The notes under the pieces were generated by a model. That model saw only the letters and a list, made by a program, of their open reading frames with translations. It was not told the DNA's origin and ran no database searches. The position numbers and the translations under genes are program-made. DNA of 64,000 nt from an uncultured Candidatus Poseidoniales archaeon. Lineage in GTDB: Archaea; Thermoplasmatota; Poseidoniia; Poseidoniales; Thalassarchaeaceae. This document shows, piece after piece, positions 1-9,506 of the stretch (the stretch's first letter is position 1; the number at the start of each line of letters is the position of its first letter). Location of the stretch: positions 14-64,013 of the forward strand of contig CAYNXD010000052.1 of assembly GCA_964401115.1 (NCBI GenBank), written 5' to 3'.

Positions 1-2316
1 CCTCGTGGATTAGCTGCACTTCGCAAACTATCCAGCAAAGTTAGAGAAAGTGCACCCTGTCTTATTTTTGTTAATTCTAGAAATGCTGCAGAAACTGTGG
101 CTCAGAGATTATCTAAATTAGATTCGAATCTAAATATAGGGGTTCATCATGGCTCTCTGGCTGCAGAAACGCGACATGAAATGGAGGCAGCGCTTCAGGA
201 TGGGGCCCTTCATGCACTAGTTTGTACATCAAGCCTAGAATTAGGAATTGATATAGGGACAATAAAGCAAGTTCACCAAATTCAATCTCCACGCGCTGTT
301 GATAGATTGCTACAAAGAGTTGGGCGTTCAGAACATATTCTAGGTGGAACTTCTCGTGGAATGCTACTCTGTTGGGAAGTTGATGATATCGCAGAGGGCG
401 CGGTAATTGCTCGGCGTGCTATGGCAAACGAACTGGAAGGAATTGAATGGCGAAGAAAGCCTCTTTCAGTTGTAGCAAATCAATTAGTCTTAACCTCTAT
501 TTCTGAAAAAATAATACCTCTTGATTCAGGTGCCACCCTAATACAACGGGCAACATTATTTACAGAAACTGATGAAAATGAGGTTCTAGAAATATTACGA
601 ATCCTTGACGACAGAAGATTAGTTCGTCTTGTAGAAAAGCCACGTGATACTGATCCATTAACTTGGCCGCCAATATTATGGGAGAAGGCTGCACAGAATT
701 GTTCGGATTTACCTGATAAAAGGCCAACCGTTGAAGAATTCGAAAAAATTACTGACAAGCAGTTGGCAATTTGGTCTAAATCACTGCGAGCATCACTCCC
801 CGATAATCTACAAAATGGTTGGTTCAGTTCCGGTTCTAGAAGTAGAAACTACATGCTAAATCATCTCAGTATGATTGCTGATGAAACTAGGTATTCAGTG
901 AGAGACGCTGTGACCCGTAAGGCACTTGGAAATGTCGATGAAACATTTGTCCTTTCACTCGATTCATCGGGGGGTGAAGAAGATGGAAATCCTAGAAGGT
1001 TCGTAATGGCAGGAAGAACTTGGGAAATTGTAGATGCTGATCCTGAGAAAAGCGAGCTGCTCGTAAGTCCAATCTCAGATCAGAGTTCAGCTCCAGTTTG
1101 GGCTGGTGAATTACCCCCAGTACCCGGAGAAGTAGCCAGAGAAGTGGGGAACCTAAGAAGAGCCATTGCTGACGAGCACGGTTGGATAATTGGAGAACAA
1201 AAAAATGAAGATTGGGGGGCAAAAGTTAACGCCTGGGTTTCTAGATTACCCCCCCAAAAGCCTGTTTCTGATTATCCACTTTCAGAAAATTCGTTGGGAG
1301 CCCTTTCCCAAAGTGTAGCAGAACACTTGGATGCTACTGGTTCAATACCTGATGCAAGATTATTGACTATTGAATCTAGACGTGATGCTTTGGTACTAAA
1401 TTGCTGCCATGGAAGTAAAGTTAACTCTGCCTTGGCTCATTTTATTCAGGCAATGGCTTCGACAATTGATGGGAAAAGTGGTAGAGTAATAGTTGACCCA
1501 TATAGAATTACATTCCAAGTCCCTGCTCTGACTGCAGATGGAATTGTAAAATGGATGACTGACACTCCACCTGAAGCCCTGCGAGATGTAATGTGGATGA
1601 CAATTCCAAACGGTAGGCAACTTAGAGCAAGGTTAGTACAGGTCTGCAAAACCTTTGGAATTCTTCATCGAGGAATTGACCCTCGTAGGGTAAATTTACA
1701 GGGAATTATCAACAGATATCGAGGAACTGTTGTTCTAGATGAAGCGTTGGATAAATTATTCCACGATCGAATGGATGTTGATGGCACCATATCCCTACTA
1801 GAAGCAATTCAAGCAGGAGCTGTGAGAATCGAACAAACTGCCTCGGGAGCGCTTGGGATTTCGCCAAAAAGTGAGCGGGACCTGCTTTTACCTAATTGGT
1901 CTGATGCCGAGGTAAAACTTAGACTTGAAGAGAGATTGATGAATGAAAGAGCTGTTCTAATTTGCCTTGCTTGTCATTCTCGTATGAGGACACGTGTAGC
2001 CATGTATGGAATCAAGCACCATCACTGTGAATGTGGAGGTACAATGTTAGCAGCAGCACGAGAAGGTCTGGAAGAGCGTCTGAGTGAATGGGTTGCATCT
2101 GAAGATAATACTGTTCAATCAAGGATGGAACGAAATGCCCAACTAGTTCGTCAAAGGGGAATAGAGGCTCTAATTTGCCTAATGGCGAGAGGAATCGGAG
2201 AAGAGACTGCTACCCGAATCTTGAGAAAGGTACCAAAAGGAGAACGAGAATTAATGATGCGAATAATCCATGAGGCTGAACTTAATTATGCTAGAACTAG
2301 GCGATTTTGGGGTTAA
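1..2316 (+). CDS. lhr: Lhr-type ATP-dependent helicase (DEAD/DEAH superfamily 2), 5' partial; C-terminal domain with Cys/His zinc-finger
   Basis: Reading frame is open from base 1 (no stop before the listed GTG at 97), so the gene starts upstream of the window. Helicase C-terminal motif HHGSLAAETRHEMEAAL...LVCTSSLELGIDIGTI...LQRVGRSEH (motifs IV-VI). C-terminal CLACHSRMRTRV...HHHCECGG zinc-finger-like cluster. Confidence 0.75.
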   Translation, partial: PRGLAALRKLSSKVRESAPCLIFVNSRNAAETVAQRLSKLDSNLNIGVHHGSLAAETRHEMEAALQDGALHALVCTSSLELGIDIGTIKQVHQIQSPRAVDRLLQRVGRSEHILGGTSRGMLLCWEVDDIAEGAVIARRAMANELEGIEWRRKPLSVVANQLVLTSISEKIIPLDSGATLIQRATLFTETDENEVLEILRILDDRRLVRLVEKPRDTDPLTWPPILWEKAAQNCSDLPDKRPTVEEFEKITDKQLAIWSKSLRASLPDNLQNGWFSSGSRSRNYMLNHLSMIADETRYSVRDAVTRKALGNVDETFVLSLDSSGGEEDGNPRRFVMAGRTWEIVDADPEKSELLVSPISDQSSAPVWAGELPPVPGEVAREVGNLRRAIADEHGWIIGEQKNEDWGAKVNAWVSRLPPQKPVSDYPLSENSLGALSQSVAEHLDATGSIPDARLLTIESRRDALVLNCCHGSKVNSALAHFIQAMASTIDGKSGRVIVDPYRITFQVPALTADGIVKWMTDTPPEALRDVMWMTIPNGRQLRARLVQVCKTFGILHRGIDPRRVNLQGIINRYRGTVVLDEALDKLFHDRMDVDGTISLLEAIQAGAVRIEQTASGALGISPKSERDLLLPNWSDAEVKLRLEERLMNERAVLICLACHSRMRTRVAMYGIKHHHCECGGTMLAAAREGLEERLSEWVASEDNTVQSRMERNAQLVRQRGIEALICLMARGIGEETATRILRKVPKGERELMMRIIHEAELNYARTRRFWG

Positions 2317-2365
2317 TATTGCTACAATAATAGGCATTTCTTTGAACCAACCACCCCTCCCTTAG

Positions 2366-2914
2366 TTGATGTTGGTGGGATTAACCGGCCGTAATGCCTC
2401 AGGGAAAACAACCGTAATCGAGTGGTTCAAATCAAGAGGGTTTGGTGTCAACTCATGTTCAGATTCAATTCGCCACTGGCTACGGTCAAACGAACTTGAG
2501 GTTACTAGAGACAATCTAATCGAGGGGGGTAGAAAACTCAGAGCAATGGGTGGCCCAGGAGTTCTAGCGGAAATGCTACTTGATTTAATTGATGAAGAAA
2601 GTAACCATGCAGTGGATAGTATTCGAACTCCTGCTGAAGTAGAGGCTCTTCGTAAAAGAGATGAGTTCGTATTGTTAGAAATTAGAGCACCTCGAGAACT
2701 CCGTTGGGAACGATTGCTAGAGCGTGGGCGTACTGGCGATGCCGAGACCTTCGAGCAATTTTCTATGCAAGAAGAATCAGAGCTTGTTGCCCATGATGAG
2801 AGTGGTCAAGCCCTAATTGCAACAGGGAAAATGGCTGATGTAGTAATAAACAATAATGGCAATGTCGATGATTTGTACAAACAACTAGAGGACTTTATGG
2901 AAGAATATTCTTGA
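2366..2914 (+). CDS. P-loop nucleotide/nucleoside kinase (dephospho-CoA kinase / archaeal UPF0200-like)
   Basis: Walker A GLTGRNASGKTTV at N-terminus, ~180 aa, overall layout like the CoaE/dNMP kinase family; exact substrate not determinable from sequence. Confidence 0.5.
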   Translation: MMLVGLTGRNASGKTTVIEWFKSRGFGVNSCSDSIRHWLRSNELEVTRDNLIEGGRKLRAMGGPGVLAEMLLDLIDEESNHAVDSIRTPAEVEALRKRDEFVLLEIRAPRELRWERLLERGRTGDAETFEQFSMQEESELVAHDESGQALIATGKMADVVINNNGNVDDLYKQLEDFMEEYS

Positions 2915-2973
2915 TTGACCTTATCTGTTTCAGTAAGGCCTTGGCAGATTTAGTATCTAATCTTTGAATCGAT

Positions 2974-3450
2974 TCAAGATAATCGCATCATCATTGTCAC
3001 AGATTTACTTTCGTGATGAAGTACCCCAATTTCATTGAAACCATTTCTTTCATGAAATCTCAATGAGGCGGGATTCGGTGGTTTCAAACTAACTTCAGCA
3101 GCAATAGGGTAGTTATTTTGTTCAGCATGAGAGATTACCTCTTTGTATAATTTAGTTCCAATTTTACAGTTTCGGTGATTTTCAGATACGGCTATTCTGT
3201 CAACATAGAGGAACTCTTCGTACCTTTTATTGAACCAAGCATAGTTTAGACTTCCATATCTCGTCTTAGGTGGAAGGCAGAGAACAAATCCAACTAATTC
3301 ATTTTCTTCATAAGCTCCTAGTGCAAGTTCAGATATTGAGAGTAAATCTGCAATTTCTTTTTCAGATATTTTCCCTGTTCCCGGTAGCCCTTCTTGATTA
3401 ATTAGCCAAATGGATGGGATGTCATTGTTTTGTAATTCATGTAATTCCAT
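2974..3450 (-). CDS. GNAT family N-acetyltransferase
   Basis: Acetyl-CoA binding signature RIAVSENHRNCKIGTKLYKEV (R/Q-x-x-G-x-G/A type) and overall 158-aa GNAT size. Confidence 0.7.
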   Translation of the reverse strand: MELHELQNNDIPSIWLINQEGLPGTGKISEKEIADLLSISELALGAYEENELVGFVLCLPPKTRYGSLNYAWFNKRYEEFLYVDRIAVSENHRNCKIGTKLYKEVISHAEQNNYPIAAEVSLKPPNPASLRFHERNGFNEIGVLHHESKSVTMMMRLS

Positions 3451-3510
3451 TACGAAGCCTCAAATTGTTTTCCGATATCCTAGGTGCTTTTTCTTCAAGA
3501 CATGCTATGC

Positions 3511-3999
3511 TTACTTCAAATCACCACGTGGATCTTTGGGCCCTTCAGTTGTTTGAACCGTCACACCATGAGATTCAAGGTAGTCTACACCATTTGCACC
3601 ACCAAATCCACCATCTACAACAATTACTTTTGACACACCTGAATGATGGATTAACTTGGCGCACATCATGCATGGCTCGCCAGTGACAATCATCCATGCT
3701 CCTTTTGTGGGTACCCCATTTGCAGCCGCATTACAAATTACGTTCATTTCTGCGTGATGACAACCCACCTCAACGCGTGTTCCAGAAATTACTTGCTCAG
3801 AATCTCTCAAACAAATGTCTCCGCCACACAAATTTCCACCACCCCTAGGGCCACCATTGTATCCATCCATTAGAATTACATTACGTTCAGGATCAACTAA
3901 TAATGAGCCAAATTTTGCTCTAGGGCAGTTACTAGCCTTGGCAAGAGCAAGGCATTGTTCAATGCGGATTCTTAGATGCTTCTCCTTCACCATAACCAC
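3511..3999 (-). CDS. dCMP/cytidine deaminase family zinc-dependent deaminase
   Basis: Zinc-binding motifs HAEMNVI (H-A-E) and PCMMCAKLI (P-C-x-x-C). Confidence 0.8.
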   Translation of the reverse strand: MVMVKEKHLRIRIEQCLALAKASNCPRAKFGSLLVDPERNVILMDGYNGGPRGGGNLCGGDICLRDSEQVISGTRVEVGCHHAEMNVICNAAANGVPTKGAWMIVTGEPCMMCAKLIHHSGVSKVIVVDGGFGGANGVDYLESHGVTVQTTEGPKDPRGDLK

Positions 4000-4040
4000 C
4001 GATATCGTTAGCGTGTCGGGGCTAACATATCATGGTGTCG

Positions 4041-5405
4041 TCAAGTCCAGTATTTTTTTTCTGGAGCTGGGCGCAATACTGTCATAGACTCAACATCATT
4101 CAAACCCATCACTTCAAGTAAATTACCTACAAGATATAGACTACCAAACGCCAATATGGGTTGAGATGGGTCACTTTTAGCAATCTCCAAGGCTCTAGTG
4201 AGTGCATCTTCTGGTAATGGGTGTTGCTCAATTTTTGATAGGACACCCTGCGCTTGTAATTCTGACACAATTTCTGCTGAAGGTATTGCATCCCTACGTC
4301 CCTTTTGAGGTTCTGTAACTATGATATGTTCCACCTGACCTTCTACGATTAATTCAATTAATGGATTTAGAAATTCTACAATATCATTTTGTGGAGTACT
4401 GCCAATAATTATTATTCCCGGAGTTGGATGAATATCACCTTCCATCTGAACTCTCAATTGTTCGCAGACTTTCTCCATTCCAGATGGATTGTGCGCTGCA
4501 TCAAGAAGTATAGGCACACCTTCGTATTCTAACCACTGCATTCGCCCAGGCCATACTGTATGCATTACTGCACTGGAAACCATTTCTTTCGGTTCAGCAT
4601 TTGTCATAGGTGATGAAAAGTATCTAAGTGTTATTGCAGCTAATCTAGCAGCATCCTGTTGAAAGGATGACCAACCATCGAATCCCTCGATATCAGGGAC
4701 TGGGCGATGGCTCTCATCGGCTCTAGTGAATGGCACGGTCATTGCTCGATCATACCTCCACCAACAAGCATTCGCGGGGATCTGTACTGCATCTTCAATG
4801 GCCTTTCTTACAGATGCGTCGTAGTTCCATCTTGCAATGAAAAGGCCCGATGGGCGTGCAATAGCAGCCTTTTCTGCTGCTATTTCTCCCAAAGTTTCAC
4901 CTAAAACATCAGTGTGCTCTAGGGCAATTTCAGTCAAAACACAACAATCTGCTTGACATAAACGAGTTGCATCTAACCTACCACCTAAACCCGTTTCAAT
5001 AACTGCTCTATCGATTCCTGCATCTGCAAAAGCAACCATAGCTACAAGAAAAGTGGCCTCGTAATAGGATGGTAACGTAACTGGTTCAATTTCAGCAGCA
5101 TCTTTTACCTTGGATAAGACTCTATCAAAATTGTCTGAAGAAATTGGAACACCGTCGATTCTAACCCTTTCCTCAACAAAGCAGAGATGTGGTGAAGTGA
5201 ATAAACCACAACTTACTCCTGAGAGGGAAAATGAATTTGAAAGAATTACACAAAGGGAACCTTTACCGTTACTACCTGCAACATGAATACAGGGGAATTT
5301 CATTTGAGGCATTCCCAATCTAGAAAGAAGAATTGAAGTTACTTCCAAGCCCGGGCGCATTCCTAAACTACGCAATCCTTCGAGCCATTCTCTAATTTCG
5401 GTCAC
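4041..5405 (-). CDS. folC: folylpolyglutamate synthase / dihydrofolate synthase (Mur ligase family)
   Basis: P-loop HVAGSNGKGS followed by GLFTSPHL, characteristic of FolC/Mur ligases. Confidence 0.8.
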   Translation of the reverse strand: MTEIREWLEGLRSLGMRPGLEVTSILLSRLGMPQMKFPCIHVAGSNGKGSLCVILSNSFSLSGVSCGLFTSPHLCFVEERVRIDGVPISSDNFDRVLSKVKDAAEIEPVTLPSYYEATFLVAMVAFADAGIDRAVIETGLGGRLDATRLCQADCCVLTEIALEHTDVLGETLGEIAAEKAAIARPSGLFIARWNYDASVRKAIEDAVQIPANACWWRYDRAMTVPFTRADESHRPVPDIEGFDGWSSFQQDAARLAAITLRYFSSPMTNAEPKEMVSSAVMHTVWPGRMQWLEYEGVPILLDAAHNPSGMEKVCEQLRVQMEGDIHPTPGIIIIGSTPQNDIVEFLNPLIELIVEGQVEHIIVTEPQKGRRDAIPSAEIVSELQAQGVLSKIEQHPLPEDALTRALEIAKSDPSQPILAFGSLYLVGNLLEVMGLNDVESMTVLRPAPEKKYWT

Positions 5406-5471
5406 TGATAGCCCCTCTAACTGTCTCTTGGGACCCTCTCTTTCAAATGGGTTTTACGGCTCGCGCCATAC

Positions 5472-7643
5472 ATGACCGGTGAAGGTCGAATGGCTCTGCT
5501 CAAAGATGCGATGGTCGGACAATGGCGTTCGATGGGGGGTATGGCAGGTATGTTCATTGGTACAATTTTGCTTGCAATTTACATTCAACCATTTTGGGAT
5601 CGGCCCGAATCTAGGGCTTTTGGGGAAGCGGGAACAACAAAAGTAGGGTTGATTGGATTAGAGTTTCTTCTTATTCTAATTTTTACTGGTGTGATTATCT
5701 GGCTTGCTAAACGGGGATTGCAGGTAATTATCAAATGGGCAGTGTTAATCATTCTATGGATTTCACTATCTTATTGTCTAATTCCACTATCTTCCTACGC
5801 TCTTGACACCCCCCAACCGACTGTAGAATTCAGAACTGAAGAACATTCCAGCTATGATTTCCACTTTACAGACTTAGATGCTAGTAGTTTCATTGTTGAT
5901 AACCAAACGCACTTGATTAAGTATAGCGAAGCAAGTGGAATTGATAGTGGCGTACAAGCAAACCAAATTTGGTCATGGCCTCTTGATATGGGCAATCAAT
6001 CATTCTCGGCACACCCAATTACTATTGTTGATAATATTGATTCTTACATATATTGTGACCAAGTTCGTTGGGTGAAATTAGATAAAAATGATGGAAGCGT
6101 CATTTCAACTCACGATGTAAATTGTAATGCAGGTTTTTCTACTAGTGAATATGACTGGGGAATAATTGATACTCTGCTTCAAAAAATTGATCCATTCCAC
6201 CCAGATGTTCCAAATCACTCATGGACATACAAACTTCCTGAAGAATTTCTTGGAAAAGATTTCTTGAGAGGTGTTCTACTCAGTGATGAGGAAATGTTGC
6301 TTGTTTCAGATGATTGGGCTGGTATCATCGAAATACCTGATGGACCACACAACCTAGATCGAGGTGATACAGTAAATGTAACTGTAAAGTGGGAAGTAAT
6401 TCCTCCAAATGGAGAGTTATTCTCTACATCAGCATGGGGATATTCGCCTTGGAGTAATCAAAATTGGTTGTCAGAAAACCCACCAAGTGAAAGGCTATTG
6501 ATGCTAGGTACCACAAATGGGGACCTCAATGGCTATCTTTGGGATGGAAATGAAATGGAGGAGGAAGTTCGTATCAAATTCAATGAGAGAGATGCATTTG
6601 ATGCGGAAATACAAGGGATTCTATTAGCCGATGATCAGAGAGATGGTCGTGTAGATTTATGGGTTGCTTCCGGAGGAACAACAAGGATGTTTTCGGGTTG
6701 GACTATGGTTGAGTCTCTAAGTATTGAAGGACCTTTTGATACCGGCCCAATAAACATGGTACTACATACAATAGATGCACCGAATTGGGATGAGTTGGGA
6801 ATAGAAGATGGGGTCCTAACCTCCTATAGCATTAATTCATCTCAGAGTGCAATAATTGCAACTCCAGTCAATGAACCAGCATATATTCTACAAGATTCAA
6901 CAGGATATTGGATACCTATTTACTGGTCACAGATTATTGCGATGATTGCAGCTACCGGGTTGATGGTTGCTCTAACAATTAGGCCTGAATGGTATGTAGT
7001 AAATACTACTGGAATACTCACAGGAGCCGGAGTAATTACAATTATTGGGGTAAGTTTTGTCCCAACTTTGATGATAATTTTCATGGTAATAACCGCATTC
7101 TATGATTGGTATGCGGTTTACAAATCAAAACATATGCTAGATCTGGCTGATACTATGATTGGATTAAAACTCCCCATTCTTTTAGTTGCACCACAAGATA
7201 AAGAATACTCGTTCCTAGAGGAAGGAAATGATACAATGAGTAGGATGGATGATGCACCAGTTGTACTTTCAGAATCTAGCCAAGGCGACTCATCCGAGAT
7301 ATCTGTCGCAGCCCCACCTCCACACATACCAAAGAAAAGTGGAGGGGATGCCCTTTTCATGGGACTTGGAGACGTAATCTTCCCTGGAATGTTGGTAATT
7401 TCAGCTCTAACTTTCTTACCAGGGGATGGAACAATATTAGGAATTAGTGACCCTATGTTTGTTGCAATCGGGACACTAATTGGTGGTTTAATGGGGTATA
7501 CAATTCTAATGAGTTATGTTGCTATGGGGAAACCTCAAGCAGGATTACCACTACTCAATGGAGGTAGTATTCTAGGGTACTTAATTTCCGGAATAATAGC
7601 AGTTGGTTCTGCTGCTATTTCATTTGGAATAACTATTTTTTGA
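5472..7643 (+). CDS. presenilin / signal-peptide-peptidase-like (A22) intramembrane aspartyl protease with large N-terminal ectodomain insertion
   Basis: YD motif in TM (ITAFYDWYAVYKSKHML), long acidic cytoplasmic loop, then GxGD motif FMGLGDVIFPGMLV (SPP-like GLGDIV.PG), then QAGLPLL in the PAL position. N-terminal 3-4 TM helices plus ~330-aa hydrophilic insert. Confidence 0.65.
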   Translation: MTGEGRMALLKDAMVGQWRSMGGMAGMFIGTILLAIYIQPFWDRPESRAFGEAGTTKVGLIGLEFLLILIFTGVIIWLAKRGLQVIIKWAVLIILWISLSYCLIPLSSYALDTPQPTVEFRTEEHSSYDFHFTDLDASSFIVDNQTHLIKYSEASGIDSGVQANQIWSWPLDMGNQSFSAHPITIVDNIDSYIYCDQVRWVKLDKNDGSVISTHDVNCNAGFSTSEYDWGIIDTLLQKIDPFHPDVPNHSWTYKLPEEFLGKDFLRGVLLSDEEMLLVSDDWAGIIEIPDGPHNLDRGDTVNVTVKWEVIPPNGELFSTSAWGYSPWSNQNWLSENPPSERLLMLGTTNGDLNGYLWDGNEMEEEVRIKFNERDAFDAEIQGILLADDQRDGRVDLWVASGGTTRMFSGWTMVESLSIEGPFDTGPINMVLHTIDAPNWDELGIEDGVLTSYSINSSQSAIIATPVNEPAYILQDSTGYWIPIYWSQIIAMIAATGLMVALTIRPEWYVVNTTGILTGAGVITIIGVSFVPTLMIIFMVITAFYDWYAVYKSKHMLDLADTMIGLKLPILLVAPQDKEYSFLEEGNDTMSRMDDAPVVLSESSQGDSSEISVAAPPPHIPKKSGGDALFMGLGDVIFPGMLVISALTFLPGDGTILGISDPMFVAIGTLIGGLMGYTILMSYVAMGKPQAGLPLLNGGSILGYLISGIIAVGSAAISFGITIF

Positions 7644-7686
7644 TAATTGATGATTCAGTAAAAGGGAATAAAGGAGGTGATGGGAA

Positions 7687-8970
7687 ATGTTAGGCATCAA
7701 TATGTTCAGAGAGCACGCAGATATCATCCGTGCTGATCACGATAAACGTGGGCTACCTCATGACCAAATTGAAGAAGTGATTAGTCTAGATAATGATTGG
7801 AAAAAGGCCCGCTACGATGCAGACCAATTAAGAAGAGTAAGAAATAAGGCGGCAAGGGGAATTGCGGATGCAAAGAAGGCTGGAAATGATGAAAAAATGC
7901 GAGACATACTAGCAGAAGTTGCATCCCTTGGAGAGCAAATAGATGCCCTTGGAGTCGATGCAGATAATTTAGAGAGAAGTAGGGATGCATTGAGAATGAA
8001 AATACCGAATATTCTTCACGAAAGTGTTCCTATAGGTGATAATGATGAGGGAAATACCTTACACAGCAAACATGGGAACAAAAGGGACTATACTTTCGAA
8101 CCAAAGACACACAATCAATTAATTGATGAAAACAAATGGGTAGACTTACCAAGAGCTGCTAAGATTGCTGGTAGTCGGTTCTATTTTCTGAAAGGGGATT
8201 TAGCTAGAATGGAATTGGCATTACAACAGTATGCAGTTGATTTCTTGACTGATAGAGGATATACCTTCGTTCAACCACCTGTAATGATGAATCGCACTGC
8301 ATACGAAGGTGTAACCGATTTAGCCGATTTTGAGACCGTCATGTATAATGTTCAACCTGAAGGATTCTACACAATCGCAACCAGCGAGCACCCCCTGACT
8401 GCTATGTTCATGGACGAAGTCATGGAACCATCGATGTTACCAATGAAGATGGTAGGGGTTTCACCGTGTTTCAGAAGAGAAGTTGGAGCACATGGTCAAT
8501 CTGATAAAGGAATATGGCGAGTTCACCAATTCACCAAGATCGAACAAATAATTATCAGCAAACCCGAAGACTCTTGGGAATTACATGAAGAGTTGTTATC
8601 AAATTGCATTGAGTTATGGAACTCACTGGATCTTCATTATGAAGTTGTTAATATCTGTACAGGTGATATGGGCACTGTCGCATCAAAAAAGTATGACTTA
8701 GAGGCATGGTTACCTGGTGTAGGTACCTACAAGGAAGTCGTGTCTTGTTCAAATTGCACCGATTATCAAGCTAATAGACTAAAAATGAGATTTCGTACCT
8801 CTGATGGAAATGAATCTGTTCACACTCTGAATTCTACTGCCGTCGCTACTAGTAGAGCATTGGTGGCAATTATTGAACAGAATCAAACAGAAAATGGAGA
8901 AGTGGAAATTCCTCAGGTATTACAAACCTACATGCAGGGGCAAAAAACATTGCAATCTTGCAATTGGTAA
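7687..8970 (+). CDS. serS: seryl-tRNA synthetase
   Basis: N-terminal coiled-coil arm typical of SerRS; class II motifs FRREVGAHGQSDKGIWRVHQF; SD-like GGAGGTGA 7 nt upstream of ATG. Confidence 0.85.
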   Translation: MLGINMFREHADIIRADHDKRGLPHDQIEEVISLDNDWKKARYDADQLRRVRNKAARGIADAKKAGNDEKMRDILAEVASLGEQIDALGVDADNLERSRDALRMKIPNILHESVPIGDNDEGNTLHSKHGNKRDYTFEPKTHNQLIDENKWVDLPRAAKIAGSRFYFLKGDLARMELALQQYAVDFLTDRGYTFVQPPVMMNRTAYEGVTDLADFETVMYNVQPEGFYTIATSEHPLTAMFMDEVMEPSMLPMKMVGVSPCFRREVGAHGQSDKGIWRVHQFTKIEQIIISKPEDSWELHEELLSNCIELWNSLDLHYEVVNICTGDMGTVASKKYDLEAWLPGVGTYKEVVSCSNCTDYQANRLKMRFRTSDGNESVHTLNSTAVATSRALVAIIEQNQTENGEVEIPQVLQTYMQGQKTLQSCNW

Positions 8971-8987
8971 ATTAATTTTTCAATTGC

Positions 8988-9497
8988 TTATTCTGACTCT
9001 TCTATTTCAATCAAAATTGCTCCCTGATTCACTTGAGTTCCTACCTCGCAGTGAATTGTAGTTACAACCCCATCCACTGGAGAGCAAATTCTATTCTCCA
9101 TTTTCATAGCCTCAAGAATTAGTAGAGTTTGTCCTGCATTAACTGATTCTCCAACTGAAGATAATAGTGATAGAATCTTACCTGGCATTGGTGAGGTTAA
9201 TCCACCTGATTGTTCAAATGTACTTTGTGCGCCAGCTTCCACAACTGATACTCTTGATGTATGTCCGTTGTGATGAATCCACCATACATCGCCAACTTTT
9301 ACGAGAACTATATTTTCATCCCCTTCTCCTCTGTTGAGAGTTATTTCCTCATTTATGCCAGTAGTAGAGATGTTCCACTCTTCTACATTAACTGGCTCTC
9401 CATCAACAGAAACTCGCAAAGCAGTATATCCAACATCTGATTGTACTGCAGCAACCGTCCATTTAGAATCATCTTGATGATTAATGAAATCCTTCAT
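8988..9497 (-). CDS. biotin carboxyl carrier protein (biotinyl domain) of acyl-CoA carboxylase
   Basis: Biotin attachment motif EAMKMEN near C-terminus. Confidence 0.8.
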   Translation of the reverse strand: MKDFINHQDDSKWTVAAVQSDVGYTALRVSVDGEPVNVEEWNISTTGINEEITLNRGEGDENIVLVKVGDVWWIHHNGHTSRVSVVEAGAQSTFEQSGGLTSPMPGKILSLLSSVGESVNAGQTLLILEAMKMENRICSPVDGVVTTIHCEVGTQVNQGAILIEIEESE

Positions 9498-9506
9498 ATT
9501 AACACC

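Noticed and set aside
480-1649. Minus-strand ORFs of 67-92 aa (480-758, 992-1222, 1396-1620, 1446-1649) inside the helicase gene
   Set aside because: They are antisense to a strongly supported helicase reading frame, are low-complexity and have no motifs; shadow ORFs.
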